Origin: an uncultured virus (IMG/VR IMGVR_UViG_3300037467_000874)
Lineage: Duplodnaviria > Heunggongvirae > Uroviricota > Caudoviricetes
Length of the DNA: 64,000 nucleotides
Virus record (IMG/VR): IMGVR_UViG_3300037467_000874
Direction: 5' to 3' (one strand)
The notes under the pieces were generated by a model. The model did not search any database, was not told the DNA's origin, and saw only the letters and a program-made list of their open reading frames with translations. The position numbers and the translations under genes are program-made. Shown here piece by piece: positions 20,789 to 31,429 of the stretch (its first letter is position 1; each line of letters opens with the position of its first letter).

Positions 20789-21571
20789 ATGATTAAAGAG
20801 TCTTTATGGTTTTCTTATGCTGGTGAGTATTCATATGATTATGGCATAATGAATGTTTCAGTTAGTTCATCTTCTGGAATGATGAGTGAACCATTTGCAT
20901 CTCAAAGAAAGGTGAATGAAATCATTATAAAAGGCAGAAATAAACCATATTTTCAAGGTCTGGAATATGAACCTTTAGAATTTGACTTAGAACTTGCTTT
21001 TTCAGAAGCGTGGGATGAAGAAAAAATAAGAAGCGTTGCAAGATGGCTTTGTGGACAGACTTATTTTCAGCCAATGTATTTCGAAGAAAATGAAAATAGA
21101 ATTTTTTATTGTATAGCTGTTGACAGTCCAGAGCTTATTCATACTGGTACAAATGAAGGGTATATCAAAATAACAATGAGATGTGACAGCCCATATAGTT
21201 ATTCTCCAATATATACTGATTCATATGACCTCTCAACCAATCCTGTTGGCGGAAGTGCTATTCAAATCGTGAATAATGGAGATGTAATTTGCAATCCTGA
21301 AATTTGGATTACTAAAATTGGGAATGGAGACGTAAGAATTGTCAACAATACTAATGGTGGAATTGAATTTAAGTTTACAGGACTACTGAATAATGAGATT
21401 GTTTATGTTGATAACGATGCACAACATATTGAAAGTAGTTTGTCTAATACATATAGATATGATAATTTTAACAATAACTATCTTGATATTGTTAGAGGAA
21501 CAAATAATCTTGTTGTATATGGAAATGTCAAACTTGACTTTAGGTTTTATTTTAAAACAATTCAGGGATAA
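20789..21571 (+). CDS. Distal tail protein (Dit)
   Basis: Follows the TMP; CDSPYSYS, NNGD..P, GTNNL motifs. Confidence 0.85.
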   Translation: MIKESLWFSYAGEYSYDYGIMNVSVSSSSGMMSEPFASQRKVNEIIIKGRNKPYFQGLEYEPLEFDLELAFSEAWDEEKIRSVARWLCGQTYFQPMYFEENENRIFYCIAVDSPELIHTGTNEGYIKITMRCDSPYSYSPIYTDSYDLSTNPVGGSAIQIVNNGDVICNPEIWITKIGNGDVRIVNNTNGGIEFKFTGLLNNEIVYVDNDAQHIESSLSNTYRYDNFNNNYLDIVRGTNNLVVYGNVKLDFRFYFKTIQG

Positions 21572-21583
21572 AGGAGGATTAAT

Positions 21584-24500
21584 ATGATAGGAGATATCAA
21601 TTTAAATTTAAAACCAAGAGAAATAGAAATATTTCTTGCTAAACCAGATAGAGTTACAATTGCAAAATTAAATGAATCCTATAATAAAAATGTGTCAGTA
21701 TTGATGGGAAATATTAATGAGCTAACTTTCAATGTTCCTTATAGTCTAGATTTCAATCATACCTTAATTGACAATCCTAATGTCTCGCTTGTAAGAAATA
21801 GATATTTGCTAAAGGTTAAAATTGGAACACAAGAAGAATGGTATACTATTAGGAGTGTTGTAGAAAGTGGAGAAGAAGACTCTGAGTATAAACAAGTTAA
21901 AGCATATCTATTGCCTTATGAAATGAATGATAATCTTATTAGAACATTTCAAGAAGATGGATTAAATTTGACATCAGTTCTAATGGGCGGAACAGTCACT
22001 GACTCTGTTGGAACGTCAAGGCAAATCACTGGTATTCTTGATGAAACAAAATGGTCAGTTGGATATGTTGATGCAGATTTTGATACAAAATTTAGAAGTT
22101 TTGATTTCACATCTACAACTGTTCTTGATGCAGTTATGCAGATAGCAGAAACGTTTCAAGCTATAATTAAATGGGATACAATAAATAGAGAGATTAGCTT
22201 TGTTAAACAAGAAGACTATGGAATTAATATGGGTCTTACAATGAGTCATGGAAAATATCTTCAATCTGTAAGTAGGGATAGTAATAGTGATGAGATGGCT
22301 ACAAGGCTTTTTGTTGAAGGTGCAGATGGATTATCTATTCAAAGAATTAATCCAACTGGTACAAATTACATTGATGATTTCTCTACATTCATGTATCCAT
22401 TTCAAAGAGATGCTAGTAAAAATGTAATTCAAAGTAGTTATTACATGAGTGATGCATTATGCAATGCCATTCTTGATTACAATGAATTTTTAGCTGGCAA
22501 AGTAGGAGCTTTTGGAGATTTGCTTGATCAAGAAACGGCATATCAAACTACTTTAACACAAAAAGAAAACGATATGGCAACACTTCAAGAACAGTTAGCG
22601 GTTATTAGAAACAATATTGATATAGAAAATTCTGCTGGTCATGACACAACTCAGCCAACGACAATTGAAGAACAGTTTTATAGTTTTTCATTGCCAATTA
22701 CATTTGGAACATCAAATTCACTTAAAATCAATAGCGCTACACTAGTTATTGATAATCTGAAATTTGCAGACTATCCTGCAACTGATTTTCTTAGTTCTAT
22801 CAAAGTTAATGGTATAGAGGTATTTTCTAACGATAAAACCAAGTGGTCTACTGGAAGTTATAATGGAAGCCTAAATACTCCTGCTGGAACTGATATAGTT
22901 GTCAATTTTAAAGCTAACTATACATACTCTGTAGTGTCTAAAATCCAAGTTAAAATAAAAAATGAAACAAGTTTTATTGACCCTCTTTCAGATGCATCTC
23001 TTGTTAATATGATTCAAATAACAACAGGGACTTCTCTTGTTGCCAAGTTAAATCAGAAAAATACTGAAATTACGAATAAGCAAACAGAGATCGATGGAGT
23101 TAATGCACAAATTACCTCAGTAGATACACAAATTGAGGACTTGAGAGCAAGTGTTGATTCATCAAATTTTATTAATCCAACTCTTCAAGAAGAACTTAAA
23201 GACTACATTATTAAAAAAGAATGGGTAGATCAGAATTATATCTATGAACAAGAACTTTATGATGATGCAATTAAATATTTCGAAAAATTAAAACAACCAC
23301 AAATTATTATAGAAATTAGTTTGGTCAATTTTTTGAAGATAGTTGAGGCCCAAAGAGATTGGGATAAACTTAATCTTGGAGATACGATTACAATTAAATA
23401 TGATCAACTTGGAATTAATGCCACAGCTAAGATAATTGGGTTTGAGATCAGCGAAGAGAATGACGATATTACTCTTACTATTGCAAATACACAAGATGTC
23501 ATGTCAGATAACGATAAGCTTATTAAAGCTGTTTATAATTCAACAGGAACTACTACAACAGTAGATTTGAGCAAGCGTCAGTGGGACAATGCCGTGTCAA
23601 CGGCTTCATCAATCAATCAAATTATTAATGGACAATGGGATGCCATTGGTAGGTCAATCGTCGCAGGAGTCAATAATTCTGTTGAGATTAGCGAAAGAGG
23701 AATTCTTGTTAAGAATTCTACAGACCCATTATCTTATCTTGTTATTCAGAATGGTGTTATGGCAATCACCAATGACAATGGTAATACATGGAAACACGCT
23801 ATTACTAAAGATGGCATTGTTGGTGAAAGAATTTTCGGTAAGCTCCTTGCTGGTGTTAATTTGCTTATTGATGCTAGTGATTCAAGTGGAGTTAAAACAT
23901 TTACTGTTGATGCCAATGGTGTAACATTAAATGGTTCCAAACTGACAATCACAGGCGGAGGTCTGACAACGACTCTGGCTAATGGGGTAGTAATAGATGC
24001 TACAAATGGCATTACAATTACTAGAACTGATGGAATAGCAAGAGTTATACTTAATGCAACTAAAGGATTATCTTTTCAAAAGAGCGCTGGAGGCGGAACA
24101 TGGACTGATAAATTCTACTATGATTCAACTAGTGGAAACCTTATTCTTGATGGTCAGTTGAATGCTAAATCAATCAAAATCAACGGCGTTGAAGTTATTG
24201 CTGGGAATTTTATTAGCGGAACAATGATTGATAAATTGAGTGTTTCTAAACTTGATGTTTCTACAGCAAAGATTACAACAGCAATGATTGAGACATTGAC
24301 GGTGGGGACAAACGTAGTTATGGGGCCAAGTGCAACAATTGCTTGGACTAATGTAACTGGAGCACCAGTATCTAGCTGGACTAATCCATCTTACATTACT
24401 TCTACAAAAATCACCTCAACAACTATTGAAAGTCCAGCTATTTCGGCTGGTACTATAAATGGTACAACTATCACTGGTGCTCAAATTAATGGTGGTAACA

Positions 24501-24763
24501 TTAATGTTACTTCTGATTTGTTTGTTGGTGACAATATAACGCTTGGGACAGGTCTTACAAGAAAAACTATTACATTTAATAGTGGTGCTATTATTCAAAG
24601 CTTAAATAGTGCAGAAATAAAAATATCAGCAGAAAACACTTATATTTGGGATGGAAATGTTAACATTGGAAATTCGAATACAGCAGTTTACAGAACGAAT
24701 TTTTATGGATTAGTTGATTTCAGCAGTGCAACTGTAGCTGGAATTCATGCCGTATTTGGATAA
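21584..24763 (+). CDS. Baseplate hub/tail spike protein (Tal-like)
   Basis: Prophage-tail N-terminal domain (ATRL, LNLGDTITI), coiled coil, AITKDGIVGERIFG, beta-rich C-terminus. Confidence 0.8.
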   Translation: MIGDINLNLKPREIEIFLAKPDRVTIAKLNESYNKNVSVLMGNINELTFNVPYSLDFNHTLIDNPNVSLVRNRYLLKVKIGTQEEWYTIRSVVESGEEDSEYKQVKAYLLPYEMNDNLIRTFQEDGLNLTSVLMGGTVTDSVGTSRQITGILDETKWSVGYVDADFDTKFRSFDFTSTTVLDAVMQIAETFQAIIKWDTINREISFVKQEDYGINMGLTMSHGKYLQSVSRDSNSDEMATRLFVEGADGLSIQRINPTGTNYIDDFSTFMYPFQRDASKNVIQSSYYMSDALCNAILDYNEFLAGKVGAFGDLLDQETAYQTTLTQKENDMATLQEQLAVIRNNIDIENSAGHDTTQPTTIEEQFYSFSLPITFGTSNSLKINSATLVIDNLKFADYPATDFLSSIKVNGIEVFSNDKTKWSTGSYNGSLNTPAGTDIVVNFKANYTYSVVSKIQVKIKNETSFIDPLSDASLVNMIQITTGTSLVAKLNQKNTEITNKQTEIDGVNAQITSVDTQIEDLRASVDSSNFINPTLQEELKDYIIKKEWVDQNYIYEQELYDDAIKYFEKLKQPQIIIEISLVNFLKIVEAQRDWDKLNLGDTITIKYDQLGINATAKIIGFEISEENDDITLTIANTQDVMSDNDKLIKAVYNSTGTTTTVDLSKRQWDNAVSTASSINQIINGQWDAIGRSIVAGVNNSVEISERGILVKNSTDPLSYLVIQNGVMAITNDNGNTWKHAITKDGIVGERIFGKLLAGVNLLIDASDSSGVKTFTVDANGVTLNGSKLTITGGGLTTTLANGVVIDATNGITITRTDGIARVILNATKGLSFQKSAGGGTWTDKFYYDSTSGNLILDGQLNAKSIKINGVEVIAGNFISGTMIDKLSVSKLDVSTAKITTAMIETLTVGTNVVMGPSATIAWTNVTGAPVSSWTNPSYITSTKITSTTIESPAISAGTINGTTITGAQINGGNINVTSDLFVGDNITLGTGLTRKTITFNSGAIIQSLNSAEIKISAENTYIWDGNVNIGNSNTAVYRTNFYGLVDFSSATVAGIHAVFG

Positions 24764-24775
24764 TAAAAAATAGAT

Positions 24776-24805
24776 AGTGGAATATTCTTAAAAGAGTATT
24801 CCACT
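24776..24805. other. Intergenic hairpin without a + strand U-tract
   Basis: AGTGGAATATTCT-taaa-AGAGTATTCCACT. Confidence 0.5.
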
Positions 24806-24829
24806 GAATATAAGGAGGTGTTATGAAAA

Positions 24830-25672
24830 ATGTCATTATCATTTAGTAGCGCAACAGAATCAACAATAACGGTAAATGCTTCATACACTGGAGTTGCAGA
24901 TAGTGCAAAATTCTATGCTGACGGAGCATTTAATGGTAGTAGAAGCTTAGATGGAACAAATACAACACATTCATTTTCATATACTTATACTGGACTGAAT
25001 TCATCACAAACTTATTCATTGACTGTTCATTTTTATAATGGAGCGACTGATCTTGGTTCCAACACAATAACAGCGTCAACAACTGCTCCACCAGCCCCTA
25101 GTCCAGTAACTTCAGTAGTTGGCTCATCATCTGGTACTGAGCCAGCAACATTATCGTTCAGTTGGAATGCATCATCTCCTGTAACATCCTATTCATGGAC
25201 GTTGAGAAAAAATGGAGGAACAATAAGTAGTGGCAGTACCTCCAGCACAAGTATTGGCTTCACCAATATGTCCGCTGGATCATATAGTTTAGGTGTTACA
25301 CCATTTAATGGTGTAACTGCTGGTTCAGGTACGTCTTCCGCTGATGTAATTGTTTCTCCACCAAGACCAAATAATTTTTCATGGACAGGTGGGAACAAAG
25401 TGTCAGGAAACACGATAGTTGTTTTGGCAAGTGATTGGAATTCTCTTGTCAATAGGGTAAATCAATTCAGATTATATAAACTTTTAAACACAACTACAAT
25501 GAATACAGTTTCTAGTGGGACGACTATATCAGCATTTTTATATAATCAAGTTGCTGGCGCAATTAACGAAATGAATCCGCCGGGAGGACAGGTTTCTTTT
25601 GTTAGTTCAGGACAAACAATAACCGCCTTTGCAATTAATAGGCTAAATGCTTGTTTAAATTCAATACCTTAA
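24830..25672 (+). CDS. Fibronectin III/Ig-like virion protein
   Basis: Ser/Thr-rich beta sandwiches (TGLNSSQTY, LSFSWNA, GSYSLGV); RBS AAGGAGGTG. Confidence 0.7.
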   Translation: MSLSFSSATESTITVNASYTGVADSAKFYADGAFNGSRSLDGTNTTHSFSYTYTGLNSSQTYSLTVHFYNGATDLGSNTITASTTAPPAPSPVTSVVGSSSGTEPATLSFSWNASSPVTSYSWTLRKNGGTISSGSTSSTSIGFTNMSAGSYSLGVTPFNGVTAGSGTSSADVIVSPPRPNNFSWTGGNKVSGNTIVVLASDWNSLVNRVNQFRLYKLLNTTTMNTVSSGTTISAFLYNQVAGAINEMNPPGGQVSFVSSGQTITAFAINRLNACLNSIP

Positions 25673-25713
25673 AAAAATATAAGAGGTCAATTAAAGCAAG
25701 ATAAAATAGTAAT

Positions 25714-25742
25714 TTGACAAAAAATGCATAAAATGTTATAAT
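25714..25742 (+). promoter_or_regulatory. Sigma-A promoter with extended -10
   Basis: TTGACA-17-TATAAT with TG; RBS AAGGAGGT follows. Confidence 0.85.
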
Positions 25743-25767
25743 ACTTATTATAAAAGGAGGTAGTAAA

Positions 25768-28700
25768 ATGCCTATCACAAGAGAGTATCCACAATATAAT
25801 GATCCTGTAATCATCATATGGAGAAAGAATACTATTGACGATCCATATGTTTCAATTACAGAGTCTAGGATAGTTATTAATAATATATCACCATTGAAGG
25901 AAATTCCAGATGAATTCAATCATGTTCAAGTTTCTGGATATACTGAAATATATAATGGAGTACCAACATCTACTCAATTTATTGTGAATTATCAAACAGG
26001 ACAAGTGACATTCAATCCTTCTGAAAATGGAAAAACTTTAACTTTTACATACAAAGGAAAGGGAATGATTTTGTATCCAGCAGAAAGAATTTACTCCCAT
26101 ACTGATAATCCAGATGTAATTACATCTCTTCAGGATATTATTGACAGTGGGAATGAGGCAATTCAGGCTCTGGACTTATTGGGTGAAACTATAAATGATG
26201 CAAATGCGGCTACTGATAGTGCTAATACAGCGGCAACAAATGCCAATACTAAAGCAACTTACGCTCAAACACAGGGAGACTATGCTAAAACTCAGGGTGA
26301 TTATGCTAAGTCTTCTGGAGATGCATTTTCTTACAAAGGTATTTACAGTTCTGCAACCGCTTACATACCTAAGAATATTGTTTTTTATAATGGCGTTGCC
26401 TATATTAATATAGTATCATCTACAAATGTTATTCCAACAAATACAACGAATTGGAAACGACTTGGGTACATGTCATGGCAAGGAACATATTCTACTGCAA
26501 CAACATATATAACTGGTGATTTTGTAACAGATGCAAGTAATTATAATATGTATATTTCAATTAAAGATGCAAATACAAATCAACCATTAACTAATACTAC
26601 ATATTGGACTAAAATAATTAGTGTTCAAACTGTTGTTGACAATGCTGTAACTGCTACAACTAATGCCAATACAGCCACAACTCAGGCAAACACTGCAAGA
26701 GATTCAGCTAATACTGCGGCAACTGCGGCTAATACTGCCAAAACAAATGCTGATACTGCTACTTCAAATGCAAACACTGCTACGACTCAAGCAAATACAG
26801 CTAGAGATGCGGCAAATACTGCGGCTACGCAGGCTAACACTGCAAGAGATGCGGCAAATACTGCGGCAACCAATGCACAAACTAAAGCAGATGGCTTAGT
26901 TAATAAAGGTGATTACAACTCAGCTACTGCATACGTTCCCAATAACGTAGTTCAATATCAAGGTTCAGGCTATATGAATATTTTGGCATGCACCAATATT
27001 GATCCAACCAATACTACATATTGGAAGTTAATAGTTTCAAAAGGTGACAAGGGAGATAAAGGTGATCAAGGAATTCAAGGAATTCAAGGTTCAACTGGAA
27101 CAAGCTTTACATGGCAAGGGAGTTATAGCGGCTCTATAACATATAATGTTAGAGATGTTGTTAGTTATCAAGGATCATCATATATTTGTACTGTTCAAAC
27201 TCTTGGCAATCTACCAACTAATACTCAATTCTGGAATCTGGTTGCTTTAAAAGGTAATGATGGTGCAGGAACTGTAGTTTCTGTAACTGCTGGTAGTTCT
27301 GATGTTATTGTTGGTGGAACTGTTCAAAATCCAACAATTGCATTAAATGTAGGGACTGGTGCTAATCAAATTGTAAAGAGAAACTCATCTGGAACAATAG
27401 ATGATGTTGTTAATTTGTTGATTTCTCCTGCTTTTACAGGAACACCTACAGCGCCAACTGCTACTGGAGGAACAAATACAACTCAAATTGCTACTACAGC
27501 ATTCGTGCAAACAGCCACTTCTACATTATTGCTCAAATCTGGAGGCACGATGACTGGTGATCTACGAATCACGAAGGGCAGTGCAAAGTTCATTACCAGA
27601 CCAGATGTGGATACAAACGCATCTATTCAGGGTAATCAATATGAGAATACGGCTGGGACTGCGATATGGAATGTTGGTCATCAACCTTCTTCTGGTTTGT
27701 GGGGTGTATTCGATACTGTGAACAATAGATTTGCATTGGTGATAGATGCAAATTCCCCAACCAGTGGCTTGAAATACTTAGGAAACATCGTTCATCATGC
27801 AGGAAATCATAATAGTACAGGCGATCCGCACACTCAATATATGCTCAAGACTGGGACGGGTATGACGGGCGATCTGACAATGGACTCTCGAATCATTATG
27901 AATTCCTTCAACGACGGTGCGAACAGTTCTTCCCGTCCTATTTACTTCTACGCAACGGACGCAAGTGCGGTTAAGACCACTACTAACTATCTTCAAGTAC
28001 TTGCTGGCGGAGCAAATGACTTGTACTACTACCAAGCGGGTTCAGGCTACAAACTCCACCACACAGGAAACCATAACTCAACGGGCGATCCTCATACGCA
28101 GTACTTGTTGAAGACTGGTGGCACAATGACTGGTGATTTACGAATCACAAAGAGCGCCGCATCGTTCTTCTTCCGACCACTTGTGGATACAGATACTGCC
28201 ATCCTCGGACAGCGGATTGAGAATAGTGCTGGAACAGGATTATGGTTCATTGGTGCTCAGCCGTCAACTGGGAGATGGGGTGTCTATGACAACACTAATG
28301 CCCGTTGGTCACTGGCTGTAGCGGCAGGAACGGCTAATGATGGATTAACATATCTCGGAAATATTGTCCATCATGCAGGAAATCATAACTCCACTGGTGA
28401 TCCACATAGTCAATATCTGCTTAAAACTGGCGGCACGATGACGGGATCAACAACCCTCACGATGGACTCCCCGCGTTTTATAATGAATCGTGCAAGTGGT
28501 GGCTCTGGAATCTTTGCTGGAATTCAAACGCAAGACAACACGGTGAATAAAGGTTTGCTCTATTGGGATTATACATTGAATCAGTGGAGGATCAGTGAGA
28601 ATGGCGGCACGAACTTCAGCCAAATCCTTCACTCTGGCAATCACAATTCTACAGGCGATCCGCACACTCAGTATTTGCTTAAAACTGCTGGACTTGGGGC

Positions 28701-28974
28701 AGATAATACATCCGTAATCAAGCAAATTGGCGCGGTTCTTGAAACTGATACGCGATCAATCAACATTACCCGCGACGCGACAACAGGCAAGATTAGTTCA
28801 GTTACGGAGAAGGATGGCGGCACTACGATTGTCACATCTACAATTACCCGCGACGCGACGACGGGACTTATTTCGAGCTTTACACAAGTAGCTGGCGGGT
28901 CAACAGTCACATATACGGTAAATCGTGATGCGACTACAAGCAAAGTAACTAGCATCACAAAAACAGTATCATAA
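25768..28974 (+). CDS. Modular tail fibre protein
   Basis: N-terminal anchor, four CBM5/12-like W-containing repeats, Ala/Thr heptads, short collagen segment (GDKGDKGDQGIQGIQG), SPAFTGTPTAPT repeat, four GNHNSTGDPH modules. Confidence 0.85.
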   Translation: MPITREYPQYNDPVIIIWRKNTIDDPYVSITESRIVINNISPLKEIPDEFNHVQVSGYTEIYNGVPTSTQFIVNYQTGQVTFNPSENGKTLTFTYKGKGMILYPAERIYSHTDNPDVITSLQDIIDSGNEAIQALDLLGETINDANAATDSANTAATNANTKATYAQTQGDYAKTQGDYAKSSGDAFSYKGIYSSATAYIPKNIVFYNGVAYINIVSSTNVIPTNTTNWKRLGYMSWQGTYSTATTYITGDFVTDASNYNMYISIKDANTNQPLTNTTYWTKIISVQTVVDNAVTATTNANTATTQANTARDSANTAATAANTAKTNADTATSNANTATTQANTARDAANTAATQANTARDAANTAATNAQTKADGLVNKGDYNSATAYVPNNVVQYQGSGYMNILACTNIDPTNTTYWKLIVSKGDKGDKGDQGIQGIQGSTGTSFTWQGSYSGSITYNVRDVVSYQGSSYICTVQTLGNLPTNTQFWNLVALKGNDGAGTVVSVTAGSSDVIVGGTVQNPTIALNVGTGANQIVKRNSSGTIDDVVNLLISPAFTGTPTAPTATGGTNTTQIATTAFVQTATSTLLLKSGGTMTGDLRITKGSAKFITRPDVDTNASIQGNQYENTAGTAIWNVGHQPSSGLWGVFDTVNNRFALVIDANSPTSGLKYLGNIVHHAGNHNSTGDPHTQYMLKTGTGMTGDLTMDSRIIMNSFNDGANSSSRPIYFYATDASAVKTTTNYLQVLAGGANDLYYYQAGSGYKLHHTGNHNSTGDPHTQYLLKTGGTMTGDLRITKSAASFFFRPLVDTDTAILGQRIENSAGTGLWFIGAQPSTGRWGVYDNTNARWSLAVAAGTANDGLTYLGNIVHHAGNHNSTGDPHSQYLLKTGGTMTGSTTLTMDSPRFIMNRASGGSGIFAGIQTQDNTVNKGLLYWDYTLNQWRISENGGTNFSQILHSGNHNSTGDPHTQYLLKTAGLGADNTSVIKQIGAVLETDTRSINITRDATTGKISSVTEKDGGTTIVTSTITRDATTGLISSFTQVAGGSTVTYTVNRDATTSKVTSITKTVS
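26640..26885 (+). repeat. Imperfect 21/42-bp tandem repeats encoding ANTAATQ/ANTARDA heptads
   Basis: e.g. AGAGATGCGGCAAATACTGCGGC repeated at 42-bp spacing. Confidence 0.8.
27793..28674 (+). repeat. Four dispersed 48-bp units encoding (H/L)HxGNHNSTGDPH(T/S)QY
   Basis: Copies start at 27793, 28057, 28369 and 28627. Confidence 0.9.
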
Positions 28975-28986
28975 GGAGGATAATAT

Positions 28987-30744
28987 ATGAGTGACATTTT
29001 TACATTAATTGCGGCAGAGGAAGGCGGCGGGGGAGGAAATACGCAAGACGTTTCAAGGGTATATCAGCCTCACCCTGTATACTCTTGTACTCCCGGTAAC
29101 GTAGTGGGTTTGTACGGATCGGAGTATATAGGCGATCTTGCCGCAGATACCGTATACGGCATTGACGGATTCCAAACCAAGTCTGCGGGCACATCTGGCT
29201 TAGTTAACAGTAGTACCGATGTTATGACCTTGGCTCTGCCTAACGGCAATGTTTTGATGATCCTAGCAAACTCAGGAACACCAGTAATAAGGGCATCGAT
29301 ACTGACACCTACGACTACAAGTTCTGGTATGGGTACAGAGGTGGTTGTCTGGTCTTCAACATTCTACCTACCAACGGTTACTAGACCTGAGAACAATTAC
29401 TTGCGCTTGTTGGATTCCACGCACGCCTTGTTGGTATTTGCAAACGGTACACAAGCTAGAGCCGTTGTCCTTACTATCTCAGGAACAACCATTACTGTGG
29501 GCACAGTTTATGCGTTAGGAACCAATGTAGGTAACAACTTTGACCTATGCCTTATGGCCGCAGGTAAGTTTGCGCTGGCTTATATTGATAACTCCACAAA
29601 CTACCCTCATGTTATCGCATTCTCTGTATCGGGTTCTACGGTAACTGTAGGTACAGACCTAACCGTCACGGCCACAGTATGCACAGGTGATATCAGTATA
29701 GATCAACTGACAACAGACAAGGCTATAGTTGTTTACCAACTTTCGACTCAAACGCTTAATATCACCTCGAATGTGATTACAACTGCGGGTAATGTACCTT
29801 CTGCTGGAGCTACATTTACGCCATCTGCTGGTTCCTTTGGTTCAGCCTCGGGGACATTTATTAGGATGAATGCTATCGCGATAGGTGCTACAAAAGCGTT
29901 GATTATCTTGTGTAACTCAGCTACACAGTATCAGATTATCAGTACCAGCCTCAGCATTTCTGGTACAACAATATCAACCGTAACCAATATGCAAACAGCT
30001 ACTTTCTTAAGTAACTACAATACTAACTACACCCTAGTAAGTAGGCCATTTCATTACGTAGGAAGTGATGGCTATCACTACATCGCTGTAGGGTTCACGC
30101 CAGCATCCACAAGTTACAACTACGATATTGCTGCTTGGAGGGTAGACCCCAATACTGGAACGTATACGAGAGGTGATGCACAATTTGGCGCAAATTTGAC
30201 TACTTCTCTGTCGCAGAACGCACATAACATTACGTTCGATGTAGCTACAAATCAATTCGTAATCTTCGTAGTTCCAGTCAGCGGCGGGACGGTTCTCTGG
30301 GGGGCTGTGATAGGTTTCAATGCGGCTGGTACAGGATTCATAGCTAACATGGGCTTCAGATCAATCGCGGGGCAAGAAACAGCCACATCATATACACCTA
30401 GAAGCGTGGTTATCGGAAATATTGTATATATCATTAACTATGTATTCACTACTGGGGCTGTAACAACTAAGGCTTTTAGAACTGACTTGATGTGTCAAGA
30501 GTATTATGTCAATACATCAACGCCATCTGTCATTGGCTATTATCATCCTACTGACGGACGCGTGTACATGAGAGGTTTAATATCCGGCCTAACAGGGATT
30601 AAGCCCGGGCAAGCTTACTATTACCTGACGGGTGGTGCTGGTGTTACAGGTGGTCAACTAACATTTGACCCCGCTAGTCATCCAAGACTTGGGCTGGGCT
30701 TATCGTCGTCAGAGATTCTTATGAAAGACTACATTTACGTATAG
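28987..30744 (+). CDS. Putative receptor-binding/fibre-associated beta-propeller-like protein
   Basis: Repeated V.TISGTTIT.G blades; C-terminal GIKPGQAYY..LGLGLS; RBS AAGGAGG. Confidence 0.6.
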   Translation: MSDIFTLIAAEEGGGGGNTQDVSRVYQPHPVYSCTPGNVVGLYGSEYIGDLAADTVYGIDGFQTKSAGTSGLVNSSTDVMTLALPNGNVLMILANSGTPVIRASILTPTTTSSGMGTEVVVWSSTFYLPTVTRPENNYLRLLDSTHALLVFANGTQARAVVLTISGTTITVGTVYALGTNVGNNFDLCLMAAGKFALAYIDNSTNYPHVIAFSVSGSTVTVGTDLTVTATVCTGDISIDQLTTDKAIVVYQLSTQTLNITSNVITTAGNVPSAGATFTPSAGSFGSASGTFIRMNAIAIGATKALIILCNSATQYQIISTSLSISGTTISTVTNMQTATFLSNYNTNYTLVSRPFHYVGSDGYHYIAVGFTPASTSYNYDIAAWRVDPNTGTYTRGDAQFGANLTTSLSQNAHNITFDVATNQFVIFVVPVSGGTVLWGAVIGFNAAGTGFIANMGFRSIAGQETATSYTPRSVVIGNIVYIINYVFTTGAVTTKAFRTDLMCQEYYVNTSTPSVIGYYHPTDGRVYMRGLISGLTGIKPGQAYYYLTGGAGVTGGQLTFDPASHPRLGLGLSSSEILMKDYIYV

Positions 30745-30757
30745 GAGGAAATAAACA

Positions 30758-31429
30758 ATGAAAAAACTTATCGTTAGTAAGTCTGACAGTGTAATCGTAT
30801 TTATTAGCAATGTCGCCGATATTGCGGAAAATGGCATCGATGTAGGGGGTCTTATATTCCCTTCCCAAAGCGTAGATGTGTTCGAGGTTGACTCCATTCC
30901 TGATGGAGTAACCGTTCAAACACATTGCTACACAGAGGTTGACGGATTCGTAGTCAATCCGGGATACAACGCCCCAAAAAATGAGATGGCGGAACAGATA
31001 GACGAATTAAGGGCACAAGTTAATCCGCTTTCACCTGATGAGGCATTTCTTTCATTAGATGTAGAAAATACAGATTTAACAACTTTAAAAGCGAAGAAAA
31101 TTGACCAACTAAACTACTTATGTGGTCAAGAAATATATGCTGGATTCAAATCTTCCGCTTTAGGGTCAGAGCATACATATGGTTTTGATGCTTTGGATCA
31201 AACAAATCTCACAGGAACGCTGACACTAATGAATAGTGTTCCTACAATGAGTTCTGTTACATGGAAGACAATTGATTCAGGGCCACTACTTCACACGAGA
31301 GAGCAATTTGTTGCGCTATGTCAAGATTCATTTTCTCATAAACAATCTTTAATTGCAAAATACTGGGGATTGAAAACCCAAGTTGAGAATGCTGTAGATA
31401 ACAATGAAGTGATATCGTATGTATGGTAA
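30758..31429 (+). CDS. DUF4376-like tail fibre assembly/accessory protein
   Basis: IYAGFKSSALG..HTY....DQTNL, HTREQF, terminal W. Confidence 0.65.
   Translation: MKKLIVSKSDSVIVFISNVADIAENGIDVGGLIFPSQSVDVFEVDSIPDGVTVQTHCYTEVDGFVVNPGYNAPKNEMAEQIDELRAQVNPLSPDEAFLSLDVENTDLTTLKAKKIDQLNYLCGQEIYAGFKSSALGSEHTYGFDALDQTNLTGTLTLMNSVPTMSSVTWKTIDSGPLLHTREQFVALCQDSFSHKQSLIAKYWGLKTQVENAVDNNEVISYVW

Noticed and set aside
26640..26885. CRISPR-like array
   Set aside because: In-frame coding heptad repeats without unique spacers.
27793..28974. Diversity-generating retroelement or invertible shufflon in the tail fibre
   Set aside because: Repeats are direct and in frame, differences are not adenine-specific, and no reverse transcriptase or invertase is present in the window.
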